Assembly: GCA_900540545.1 (NCBI GenBank)
Contig: UQGJ01000014.1
Coordinates: forward strand, 11,801 to 43,800
From: an uncultured Eubacteriales bacterium
GTDB lineage: Bacteria > Bacillota > Clostridia > Oscillospirales > Oscillospiraceae
DNA: 32,000 bases
Direction: 5' to 3'
Below, in pieces: positions 6,837 through 15,150 of this stretch. The notes under the pieces are model-generated. The model saw nothing but the letters and a program-made list of their open reading frames with translations. It was not told the origin of the DNA and did no database searches. Position 1 is the stretch's first letter. Each line of letters begins with the position of its first letter. The translations under genes and the position numbers were made by a program.

Positions 6837-8570
6837 TTATTCCGGCAGACCAATGACGCCGGTTTGGAAGAGGGCGTCGTCCAGACCGCTTGCCTTGCGG
6901 TTGCGGAGGTAATCTTTATAATAATGAGCTCGGGGGAGGGACATCCAGTATTCGTAGGTATCGGGTAACGCTCCGTCGTGGCTTTTTTTCAATTCCGCTT
7001 CATACCGTTCTCTGGCGGCATAGATATCATTCCGGGCCCACCAGTTATAGCCATCCAGATAGTTCAGATAGAATTCGTCCCAGTCGGAGAAGGTCTCCTG
7101 TGCCATTCGTGCGGCGGGTTCCACAAGTTCCAGGGCATCCTCATAGGTAAGGTAGCCCGCGGTGTAGCCCCACTGCGCCATACTGGACATCCGGGATAAG
7201 TCCCAGGCCAGAATGCCCTTCTCCCCCCACCGCTCACTGATTTCCTTGGTGTAGAGCCACATGTATCGGTCGGTTTCGCCAGACGAGGCGACGAGCGCGG
7301 CAAACTCCTGGTCAGTGAGGCCATTGGTAATTTCGGCGGCCTCCTGAAAACTGTCGTTGTGGCCGTGGGGGGTCATACGCTGGATCAGGGGAATGATGTC
7401 CTCGCGGCCTGTGACGCCCCAGTTGGTTGCCAAGCCATCCCGGGTGCCCTTTACGGATTCCGCGGTGCGCTCATACATACCGAAGAAGATAGGTTTTCCG
7501 ACGGGCGCGGGAAGGCCGTATTCTGCGCCGTAATACTGGTATCCGTAAATCAGGCCCATGGACACAGCCCAGTCCTCCAGATTTGAACCCTCTGCCACCG
7601 ATTTGTCCTCGGTGATGAGTACCCGACTGTCCTTCCCATCCCACGCTACTTTTTGACCAAAGAATTCGGCCACATAGCGGGCGGGGATGAGGGTGTGGCC
7701 CTCGGTGGCGTAGGGGGCCACGTCCATCTCCACCGGCTTGTCGTCCACAGTGGCGGTGGTGCTGCCCAGAGTCATGGTGACGGTGGACCCGGCCCGGGTC
7801 ATCACGATTTCCTGGGTATCCGGTACCCATTCCACATCGGCGCCCAATGCCTCGGCCACAGCTCGGATGGGCACCATGGTGCGGCCGTTGTGGGCTTCAA
7901 GGGCCACATCCATCTTGATTTGCGCCCCATCCAGGAATATCTTCAGAGTCTTTCGGTCCGCCCGGCAGGCTTCCAGTCCAGCGATTACCTTGTCCTTCGT
8001 GGTTTGGGAGGCCAGATACATATACTTTCCAGACAGGAGATCCTCCGTAGTCATACCAAGGTAATCCAGCGCGTCCACCACGCGGCCCCAGCCATCCGCC
8101 GGACCGGGGCTTGAACTCTGGTATACGATGCGGGCACGGCTTTCCTCCACCACCATGTGGTAATAGAGTTCGTCCGGCTCGTGGGTCTGGAGCCATTGTT
8201 CTTCACACCAGAGGAGGTTGTTATACATGGAATAAAAGCAACCACGTGTATCGGGAGTATTGCCGAAACCATAATTGTCTCCGCATTTGATTCTGATGAG
8301 GGCAAGTTCATAGCAGGCCCCAATAGAACTTTTTTTCAGGCCCTCCTCAGGCTCTATTTTCTTCGCTCCGTTTCTTGCCGTCTCCCGAAGAGCCTCAATT
8401 TTAGTCCAGGTTTCGGGGAGGTAGACGGGATCTCCAGGAAATACAATGTAGTCCCCTTGATCGATCCACTCAGGCGTAACGGGGATCACAGGGGTCTCCG
8501 CGGCCAGGGCGGGGGCGGACAGGGAGAGCGCCAGTGAGAGGCACAGCAGGAGCGAACACAGCTTTTTCAA
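6837..8570 (-). CDS. Secreted protein P1: signal peptide + variable Cys-containing N-domain + copper-amine-oxidase-N-like stalk domain + DUF1266-like C-domain
   Basis: TTG start with AAGGAGG RBS. Signal peptide MKKLCSLLLCLSLALSLSAPALA-AE. Stalk motif NGRTMVPIRAVAEALGADVEWV...TLIPARYVAEFFGQKVAWDG. DUF1266-like ILAWDLSRMSSMAQWGYTAGYLTYEDALELV...SDWDEFYLNYLDGYNWW. Confidence 0.88.
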   Translation of the reverse strand: MKKLCSLLLCLSLALSLSAPALAAETPVIPVTPEWIDQGDYIVFPGDPVYLPETWTKIEALRETARNGAKKIEPEEGLKKSSIGACYELALIRIKCGDNYGFGNTPDTRGCFYSMYNNLLWCEEQWLQTHEPDELYYHMVVEESRARIVYQSSSPGPADGWGRVVDALDYLGMTTEDLLSGKYMYLASQTTKDKVIAGLEACRADRKTLKIFLDGAQIKMDVALEAHNGRTMVPIRAVAEALGADVEWVPDTQEIVMTRAGSTVTMTLGSTTATVDDKPVEMDVAPYATEGHTLIPARYVAEFFGQKVAWDGKDSRVLITEDKSVAEGSNLEDWAVSMGLIYGYQYYGAEYGLPAPVGKPIFFGMYERTAESVKGTRDGLATNWGVTGREDIIPLIQRMTPHGHNDSFQEAAEITNGLTDQEFAALVASSGETDRYMWLYTKEISERWGEKGILAWDLSRMSSMAQWGYTAGYLTYEDALELVEPAARMAQETFSDWDEFYLNYLDGYNWWARNDIYAARERYEAELKKSHDGALPDTYEYWMSLPRAHYYKDYLRNRKASGLDDALFQTGVIGLPE

Positions 8571-8696
8571 CGGGGAGACCTCCTTTTTATCCGGGGGACT
8601 GCAAAAATACGGCGCTGTGGAGGGTGTTCCAGGTTCGGGCGCAGCCCAGAACCGGGGGCGAAACGAGAAGCGGAACCCTATTCGCCGTGACCGTAT
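8571..8696 (-). promoter_or_regulatory. Conserved ~125-nt structured leader/intergenic element upstream of P1 (paralogous copy at 10413-10532)
   Basis: A long-range stem AAATACGG / CCGTATTT encloses about 75 nt, including the hairpin GGTTC(T)GGGC-TGC-GCCCGAACC. On the minus strand it is followed by TTTTT and then the RBS. Confidence 0.35.
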
Positions 8697-10412
8697 TTAC
8701 TCAGGTAAACCGATGACGCCGGTTTGGAAGAGGGTGTCGTCGAGCTGAGAGAAGTTCTTGATGGAGATGTAGAAATTTGCGCGGGGCTGCTCCATCCAAG
8801 TCTCCCAGTTGCCGGGGACCTGCATACTGCTGGTGGCCATTCTGGCCTCATATTCCGCCATGATTGTGGCCACGTCGTTGCGGGCCCACCAGTTGTAGCC
8901 GTCCAAATAGTTCATATAGAACTCGTCCCAGCTGGTGAATGTCTCCTGGGTCAGTCGGGCGGCGGGCTCCACCAGTTCCAGAGCCTCGGCGTAGGTGAGA
9001 TACCCGGCCGTATAGCCCCATTGGACCAGCGTTCCCATCCGGGAGAGGTCCCAGGCCAGGATGCCCTTGTCGCCCCACCGCTGGCTGAGCTGCTTGGTAT
9101 AGGGCCACATATACTTGTCGGTCTCGCCGGAGGCGGCGACAAGAGCGGCGAACTCCTGGTCGCTGAGGCTGTTAGCGATGGCGGCGGCCTCCTGGAAGGA
9201 GTCGTTGTGGCCGTGGGCGGTCATGCGGGTGACCAGCTCGATCAGGTCCTGGCGGTTTTGCACGCCCCAGGCGGAGACCAGGGAATTCCGGGTATTCTGG
9301 ACCTGCTGGGCGGTGCGCTCAAACTGGCCGAAGCGGACCTGGCTGTCCCGGTAATAAGAGGCGACGCCCAGGTCGATTTTATTCCGAATCAGCCCCATGG
9401 CTATGGCCCAAGCCTCCAGGTTGGAACTCTCCGCCACAGACTTGTCCTCATTGATCAATACCTGGTGCTTGATTCCGTCCCAGTCCACCGTTTGTCCGAA
9501 GAACTCGGCCACATAGCGGGCGGGGATGAGGGTGCGGCCCTCGGTGGCGTAGGGGGCCACGTCCATCTCCACCGGCTGGCCGTCCACCGTGGCGGTGGTG
9601 GAGTCCAGGGTCATGGTGACGGTGGAGCCGGCCCGTGTGAGGACGATTTTTTGTCCCTCTGGCACCCAGGTCACGTCGGCGCCCAGGGCCTCGGCCACGG
9701 CGCGGATGGGCACCATGGTGCGGCCGTTGCGGGCCTCCGGGGGCACGTCCATGGACAGCTCATTGCCGTCCAGCCAGATTTCGATATGGTTGAAGTAGGC
9801 GCCCCATCCGGCGGCCACCTCGGCCCGGAGGGTCTCCTGTTCCTCGGCGGTGAAAATCTCGGTGTCGGTGAGCTGATTGAGGGTGAACTGGGGAAATTCC
9901 AGCAGATAGGGGATGTATGCGTAGAGTTGTTCGCCCACGCCATAATTGCGCAGAACACCCCGGGCGGCCCACAGCAGCAGGACATATTTCTGCTGGTCGG
10001 TGAGACCCTCCAAAAGTGCGCTCGTCCCGTCTTCCAAGTAGTAGGACAGGTGGACATCGTGAGGGGTTTTTACGCCGTTGTTATTCCGAATCAGGCGGAG
10101 CTCCAGCAGCGCCCGCTCGAACAACACACCCATATCAAAGGAGTTGTCCGACCGCCGCTCGGGCAGGGCGTTAAAGTCCTTGAGCATGGGCAGGGTGGCG
10201 TTGCTGACGGGACCCCACCGCACAATCTCCCGGATGTCGGTGATGACCTTCCAGTGCTCCGGCTCATAGGCGGCGGAACCGGGGAAGACGGCGTACTCCT
10301 CCTCGGGACACCAGGGGGGAGGCGTGGGGGTGACGGCCTCCGCGGCCAGGGCGGGGGCGGACAGGGAGAGCGCCAGGGAGAGACACAACAGGAGCGAACA
10401 CAGCTTTTTCAA
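8697..10412 (-). CDS. Secreted protein P2, paralogue of P1 (signal peptide + variable N-domain + stalk domain + DUF1266-like domain)
   Basis: The signal peptide is identical to that of P1. It has the same stalk and DUF1266-like motifs and the same C-terminal tail LFQTGVIGLPE. Confidence 0.88.
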   Translation of the reverse strand: MKKLCSLLLCLSLALSLSAPALAAEAVTPTPPPWCPEEEYAVFPGSAAYEPEHWKVITDIREIVRWGPVSNATLPMLKDFNALPERRSDNSFDMGVLFERALLELRLIRNNNGVKTPHDVHLSYYLEDGTSALLEGLTDQQKYVLLLWAARGVLRNYGVGEQLYAYIPYLLEFPQFTLNQLTDTEIFTAEEQETLRAEVAAGWGAYFNHIEIWLDGNELSMDVPPEARNGRTMVPIRAVAEALGADVTWVPEGQKIVLTRAGSTVTMTLDSTTATVDGQPVEMDVAPYATEGRTLIPARYVAEFFGQTVDWDGIKHQVLINEDKSVAESSNLEAWAIAMGLIRNKIDLGVASYYRDSQVRFGQFERTAQQVQNTRNSLVSAWGVQNRQDLIELVTRMTAHGHNDSFQEAAAIANSLSDQEFAALVAASGETDKYMWPYTKQLSQRWGDKGILAWDLSRMGTLVQWGYTAGYLTYAEALELVEPAARLTQETFTSWDEFYMNYLDGYNWWARNDVATIMAEYEARMATSSMQVPGNWETWMEQPRANFYISIKNFSQLDDTLFQTGVIGLPE

Positions 10413-10532
10413 AGGAAAGACCTCCTTTTTATCCGTGGGACTGCAAAAATACGGCGCTGTGGGGGGTGTTCCAGGTCCAGCCCAGAACTGGGGACGAAAC
10501 GGGAAGCGGGACTCGCTCGCCGTTGACCGTAT
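10413..10532 (-). promoter_or_regulatory. Second copy of the conserved leader (upstream of P2)
   Basis: Aligns with 8571-8696, sharing AAATACGG...GCGCCGTATTTTTGCAGTCCC.CGGATAAAAAGGAGGTC. The internal hairpin carries a short deletion. Confidence 0.35.
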
Positions 10533-11666
10533 TTACTCCAGCAGGCCGATGACGCCGGTTTCGAAGAGGGTATCGTCGAAGATGGGGGCCAGGTCGGGGT
10601 CGGCCTTCATCTCCAGATAGAGCTTGCCCCGGGCGCTCTCCCACACGTTCTGGTCCAGGCCGTTACTCTTGGACCACCAAGTGTAGCCGTCCAGATAGTT
10701 TTCATAGGCCTCGTCCCAGGAGGAGAAATTCTCGCTCAGGAGGGTGGCGGCGGGCTCCAGCAGCAGGAGGGCCTCCTCATAGGTCACGTACCCGGCGCTG
10801 TAACCCCACTGGACCAGATTGCTCATGCGGAACAGATCCCAGGCGAGGATGCCGCGGTCTCCCCACTTTTCGTCCAGGGCAGACGTGAACTCCCACATAT
10901 AGGGGGGCCAGTCGAAGGACGGATTGCTGGCGGCCTGGGCATCCAGGGCGGCCTTTTCCTCCGCCGTCAGGTTCCTCGCATCCTCTGCGGCGCTGAAAAA
11001 CGTGGCGTTATGGCCATAGAAGGTCATACTCAGGACGGACTCCACCAAATCGTCCCGTTCCGGGATGTTCCAAGAGCTGCCGCTCAGCACCCGGGCGCTC
11101 TGCTTTGCGGTGGACGCGCTCCGGCGGTACAGGCCGAACCAAGCCGGGCTTCCCTGGTTGAGCTTCGCCAGCATGGCCCCCATGGGGAGGGCCCACGCCT
11201 CCAGGTTGGAGTCCCCCACCACCGATTTGTCCTCGGCAATGTCCACCCGGCGGGCCTCGCCGTCCCAGGCCACGGTCTGGCCGAAGAATTCGGCCACATA
11301 GCGGGCGGGGATGAGAGTGCGGCCCTCGGTGGCGTAGGGGGCCACGTCCATCTCCACCGCCACGCCGTCCACGGTGGCGGTGGTGGAGTCCAGGGTCATG
11401 GTGACGGTGGAGCCGGCCCGGGTCATCACGATCTCCTGGGTGTCCGGCACCCATTCCACGCCGGCGCCCAATGCCTCGGCCACGGCGCGGATGGGCACCA
11501 TGGTGCGCTCGCTGCGGACCTCCGGCGGGACATCCAGTTTCAGTTCCCGGTCATCCAGGAAGAGCTTGATGCCGCCGTCCTCTTGCGCCGCCTCCGCGGC
11601 CAGGGCGGGGGTGAGGAGGGGACAGGCCAAGGCCAAGGTCAGGATCACCGCCAGCAGCTTTTTCAT
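10533..11666 (-). CDS. Secreted protein P3: signal peptide + stalk domain + DUF1266-like domain (no variable N-domain)
   Basis: Internal ATG at 11666 with RBS GGAAAGGAG. Signal peptide MKKLLAVILTLALACPLLTPALA-AE. The Pro/Ser/Arg-rich upstream extension to 11810 is rejected. C-terminal tail LFETGVIGLLE. Confidence 0.85.
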   Translation of the reverse strand: MKKLLAVILTLALACPLLTPALAAEAAQEDGGIKLFLDDRELKLDVPPEVRSERTMVPIRAVAEALGAGVEWVPDTQEIVMTRAGSTVTMTLDSTTATVDGVAVEMDVAPYATEGRTLIPARYVAEFFGQTVAWDGEARRVDIAEDKSVVGDSNLEAWALPMGAMLAKLNQGSPAWFGLYRRSASTAKQSARVLSGSSWNIPERDDLVESVLSMTFYGHNATFFSAAEDARNLTAEEKAALDAQAASNPSFDWPPYMWEFTSALDEKWGDRGILAWDLFRMSNLVQWGYSAGYVTYEEALLLLEPAATLLSENFSSWDEAYENYLDGYTWWSKSNGLDQNVWESARGKLYLEMKADPDLAPIFDDTLFETGVIGLLE

Positions 11667-11700
11667 GATTGACTCCTTTCCAGTCGGGGGGGATACGGAT

Positions 11701-14649
11701 TTAGAAATCCAGCTCGTCCCAGGGGATGATTTTGGCGTTCTCAGGGGGGAGGGCGGCGGGGGGCGCGGAGACCTCCTTGGACTCGGAGGAGGCGGTGACG
11801 GTGAAGTCAAACTGGTTCTTATAGTGGACCTCGCCGGTCAGGGTCTGCTTTCCGCCGGCGCTCTTGGCGTCCATGGTGATTTGGAAATCCACGAAGCGAC
11901 CCAGGGTCCGGCCGGGGCGCATATCCATCTCCATGGCGTAGTCGCCGTTGTCGTGGACGGTGACGGTGAAGGCGCAGGCCCGGAAGGCGTCCTCGCCGTC
12001 CAGAGGGTCGTAGGAGTAAGGGACATCAGGGTCCGGGGCGGTGAGGTCCCGGATGAGGTCGTTGACGGTCTTGGTGTCCAGGGAGTAGGTCAGGGCGTTG
12101 CCCGCGCGGGTGAAGCGGCCGTCGCCCAAGAGGAGCGCCACCTGGTCGGCCTGCTCCAGCAGGCCGGCGTAGCTGTCCACGCCTACGGGGTCATAGTAGG
12201 ACCACTTCAGGCGGCGTGCGATGACGCTGTCGTAGAGCATGGCGCCCACGTTGAGGAGGGGGAGGGAGTCCACGGTGCCGTCCTTGTCCACGGTCTCGGT
12301 GGGCAGGGCCGCGCCGGGGGTCACGTAGAAGGGATAGAAGGAATCCAGGTCCATGGAGACCCAGTCGTCCTTGCCCACCGACTCGTCCAGCAGAGAGAAC
12401 AGGGGGGACTGGAGGTACAGGAGCTGGGTGTCCACGTTCCAGTAGAGCTTAAAGGTGGTGGACTTCAGCAGGGTCTTGAGGGTGGAGAGGCTGAACTTGG
12501 CTTCGCTCTGGTCCAGCATCTTCTGAACGTCGGCCCAGTCCTCCTTCGTAAGCTGGGAGAGGACCCCGGCCAGGTCCAGCTTGAGCTCGCACTCCATGGA
12601 GCCCTTGCCGGCCACGGTGGTGGCGTCGATTTTCACGGTGTAGGTCCTGTCGCCGTCCAGGCTGTTGAACAGGGTCAGGTCGATGGTCTCGCTGGAGGTG
12701 GTGCGGATGTTCCGCTGGGCGGTGTCCACCGCCTTGCCCAGCAGGGTGGAGAGCATCCGGTCGATTTGGGTAAAGTTTTGATTCAGCTCCGCGGCGATGG
12801 CCTCAGGGTCGAAGAGGACGGCGGTATCGTAGCCCGCGTCCCAGGCCAGGCCGCAGCCGAAGGCATCGGCCAAATCCCGGAGGGGGACGTAGGTGCGGCC
12901 GTCCTCGGCAAAGGCGGGGGAACTCATGGTGTATTTGCGGTCCTTGCCGTCGGTGGTGAGGGTGTACTTTTTGCCCTCCAGGGGGAAGGTCACGGTGACG
13001 CCGCCCTTGTCGCAGACGGCGGCGTTGGTGGTCTCGTCAAAGGAGACGGTATAGCCCAGGGCTTCGGCCAGGGCGCGGACGGGGATCATGGTGCGGTCGT
13101 TCCGGGCCACGGGCTTGGCGTCGGGGAAGGAGAGGTAGGCCCCGTTGAGCATGACGCTGAGCTCGCCGGGGACGCCGCCCAGCTCCCGCTTGTGGGCGTC
13201 CCGCTGGGCCTTGGCCTCGGCGTTGGCAGCCCGGTCGGCCTTCCAGCTCTCGTAGAGGGCGGCGTAGGCGGACTCCTTCACGGTAAGGTAGTTATCGTCC
13301 ATGTAGTCCTGGAGACTGGTATAGCGGGGATAGTAGTGGGAGGCGTTATACTCGCCGGACTGGAACCAGCGCTCCACGTCGGCCACGAAGGCGGCGGTGT
13401 CCTCGGGCTCGGCGGCCTGGAAGGCGGCCCACTGGTCCTGGGCGGCCTGGGCGGCCTCCTGCTCCTGGATCATGTAGTAGAGCATCTCGGTACGGAACTG
13501 CTCCTCGCTGTCGGTGGTGGGAGCCAGCTCCATATACTCCTGCTTGGAGTCATAGTAGCGGTCGGCGTTATAGACTTCCTTGAAGTACTGGTCGGCGTCG
13601 AAGGCGGCGAATTCCTCCGGGTGTTCCGCGGCCCAGGCGTCCACCTCGGCCTGCATATCCGCGTTTGCGGCCTGCGTATCCAGCATGTCCAGGAGCATGG
13701 CCAGCCGGAATTCTTCCTCGGTATCAAGGCGATAGGCGTCCATATATTCTTCTTTGTCGCCGTAATAGGGATAATGCGTTTCCAGCCAGGCGTCGGCGTC
13801 GAAAGCGGCGTACTCGTCGGGGTGGGCGGCGCTCCATGCGTCGGCCCGGGCCTGGCGCCGCTCGGCGCCCACCTGGCTCTGCACCCACAGCCAGGTCATC
13901 TGGCGCAGGAATTCCTCCTCCGTGGCGTACCCGTAGGAGGACATGTACTCTTCCATGGTCCAGTAGCTGTAAGTATCCTCAAAGAACTCCATGGGGTCGA
14001 ACTCGGCAAATTCCTCCGGGTGTTCGGCGGCGTAGGCGTCGATGTCGGTTTGCTGTTCGGCGGCGGTCTCCTGCTCCTGGATCATGAAGTAGAGCATCTC
14101 GGCGCGGAACTGCTCCTCGCTGTCGGTGATGGGAGACATCTCCATAAACTCCTGCTTGGAGTCATAGTAGCGGTCGGCGTTATAGACTTCCTTGAAGTAC
14201 TGGTCGGCATCGAAGGCGGCATACTCCTCCGGGTGTTCGGCGGCCCAGGCGGCCACCTTCTCCTGGATCATGCCCGTCCAATACTGCTCGGAGAGCCAGT
14301 CCTCCCGCATGTTTTCCTGGAAATCGGCCTCGGTATAGAGGTCGAAGTAATACATATAGTCCTTCTTGGCGTAGTAGCTGCCGTAGCGCGCTGTGAACCA
14401 GCCGTCGGCGTCGAATTCGGCGCTGTGGGCGGCCCAGTAGGCGTCTTTCCAGGCTGCGGCGTCGGCTGCCTCCTGAGCCTGTTCGCCGTACTCGTCCTCG
14501 GTCATGTACTGGCGCTCCAGCATGTCTTCCAGGGAGGTATAGCCGCGCTCCTTCCAGAGGGGTGGATCGGTGTCCTGGTACGCCAGGGCGGGGGCAAAAA
14601 GAGTGCAGGACATTGCCAGGGTCAGGACCAGCGCCAGCAGTTTTTTCAT
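11701..14649 (-). CDS. Large secreted protein P4: signal peptide + six ~62-aa acidic/aromatic repeats + stalk domain + ~380-aa unassigned C-domain
   Basis: 982 aa. Signal peptide MKKLLALVLTLAMSCTLFAPALA-YQ. The repeats resemble AWAAEHPEE(Y/F)AAFDADQYFKEVYNADRYYDSKQE.ME...TDSEEQFR.EMLY.MIQEQE. Stalk motif NDRTMIPVRALAEALGYTV...GRTYVPLRDLADAFG. Confidence 0.85.
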   Translation of the reverse strand: MKKLLALVLTLAMSCTLFAPALAYQDTDPPLWKERGYTSLEDMLERQYMTEDEYGEQAQEAADAAAWKDAYWAAHSAEFDADGWFTARYGSYYAKKDYMYYFDLYTEADFQENMREDWLSEQYWTGMIQEKVAAWAAEHPEEYAAFDADQYFKEVYNADRYYDSKQEFMEMSPITDSEEQFRAEMLYFMIQEQETAAEQQTDIDAYAAEHPEEFAEFDPMEFFEDTYSYWTMEEYMSSYGYATEEEFLRQMTWLWVQSQVGAERRQARADAWSAAHPDEYAAFDADAWLETHYPYYGDKEEYMDAYRLDTEEEFRLAMLLDMLDTQAANADMQAEVDAWAAEHPEEFAAFDADQYFKEVYNADRYYDSKQEYMELAPTTDSEEQFRTEMLYYMIQEQEAAQAAQDQWAAFQAAEPEDTAAFVADVERWFQSGEYNASHYYPRYTSLQDYMDDNYLTVKESAYAALYESWKADRAANAEAKAQRDAHKRELGGVPGELSVMLNGAYLSFPDAKPVARNDRTMIPVRALAEALGYTVSFDETTNAAVCDKGGVTVTFPLEGKKYTLTTDGKDRKYTMSSPAFAEDGRTYVPLRDLADAFGCGLAWDAGYDTAVLFDPEAIAAELNQNFTQIDRMLSTLLGKAVDTAQRNIRTTSSETIDLTLFNSLDGDRTYTVKIDATTVAGKGSMECELKLDLAGVLSQLTKEDWADVQKMLDQSEAKFSLSTLKTLLKSTTFKLYWNVDTQLLYLQSPLFSLLDESVGKDDWVSMDLDSFYPFYVTPGAALPTETVDKDGTVDSLPLLNVGAMLYDSVIARRLKWSYYDPVGVDSYAGLLEQADQVALLLGDGRFTRAGNALTYSLDTKTVNDLIRDLTAPDPDVPYSYDPLDGEDAFRACAFTVTVHDNGDYAMEMDMRPGRTLGRFVDFQITMDAKSAGGKQTLTGEVHYKNQFDFTVTASSESKEVSAPPAALPPENAKIIPWDELDF
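13240..14465 (-). repeat. Intragenic tandem repeats of P4 (six units); units 2 and 5 are near-identical at DNA level
   Basis: 14069-14256 versus 13457-13646 show about 13 mismatches in about 190 nt by eye. The other units are recognisable only at protein level. Confidence 0.7.
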
Positions 14650-15137
14650 GTTTGACTCCTTTCCAGTCGCGCGGAAGGATTTTGCACGATGTACGAGCGG
14701 GTCTCCGAGAGGTCCTGGGGGTTGCGGAGGATGTGGTCGTAGTAGTCATCCTGCCACACGGGCTTTCCCCATGTTCGGGTGGTAAAGCCCTTCAAGGCAT
14801 TGATGACCTGTGGCAGTGATGTAGGGGCCGCCGACCCCGGTGGCCCGTCTCCGGTCAATTGTATCAACAGGTGGACATGGTCCGGCATAATGATATATTG
14901 GTCTACATGGACATCGGGGTAAGCACAGTCAATGCCTTGAATCAACTGGTCTACAATCTGGCCTAAAGGGGTGAGCTGAAGCCGCGGGCCGCCGGGGTCG
15001 GCGGCCCCTACGGGCAGAAGAGAGGAAAAGATGTTTTGGTTTCTGACCTTGGCGCAGATGGTGACGAAATAAAATCCGGGCTGGGAATAATCGTAATGCT
15101 TCAAATGGTGATATTTGCGCACCGGATATGGGTTCAT
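14646..15137 (-). CDS. Y1/HUH transposase-like protein (IS200/IS605 TnpA fold; RayT / REP-associated tyrosine transposase-like), apparently orphan
   Basis: ATG at 15137 with GAGGTG RBS. HUH motif in IIMPDHVHLLIQ, the family pattern GKPVWQDDYYDHILRN, and a candidate catalytic Tyr in TRSYIVQNP. Its stop overlaps the P4 start (ATGA). Confidence 0.82.
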   Translation of the reverse strand: MNPYPVRKYHHLKHYDYSQPGFYFVTICAKVRNQNIFSSLLPVGAADPGGPRLQLTPLGQIVDQLIQGIDCAYPDVHVDQYIIMPDHVHLLIQLTGDGPPGSAAPTSLPQVINALKGFTTRTWGKPVWQDDYYDHILRNPQDLSETRSYIVQNPSARLERSQT

Positions 15138-15150
15138 CCATCCCACCTCT

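Noticed and set aside
10533-11810. N-terminal extensions of ORFs 10533-11810 (P3), 1847-3163 (lipoprotein), 21371-21844 and 24674-26068.
   Set aside because: The extensions are Pro/Arg/Gly-rich or overlap upstream genes. Internal starts have good RBSs and give signal peptides or family-typical N-termini.
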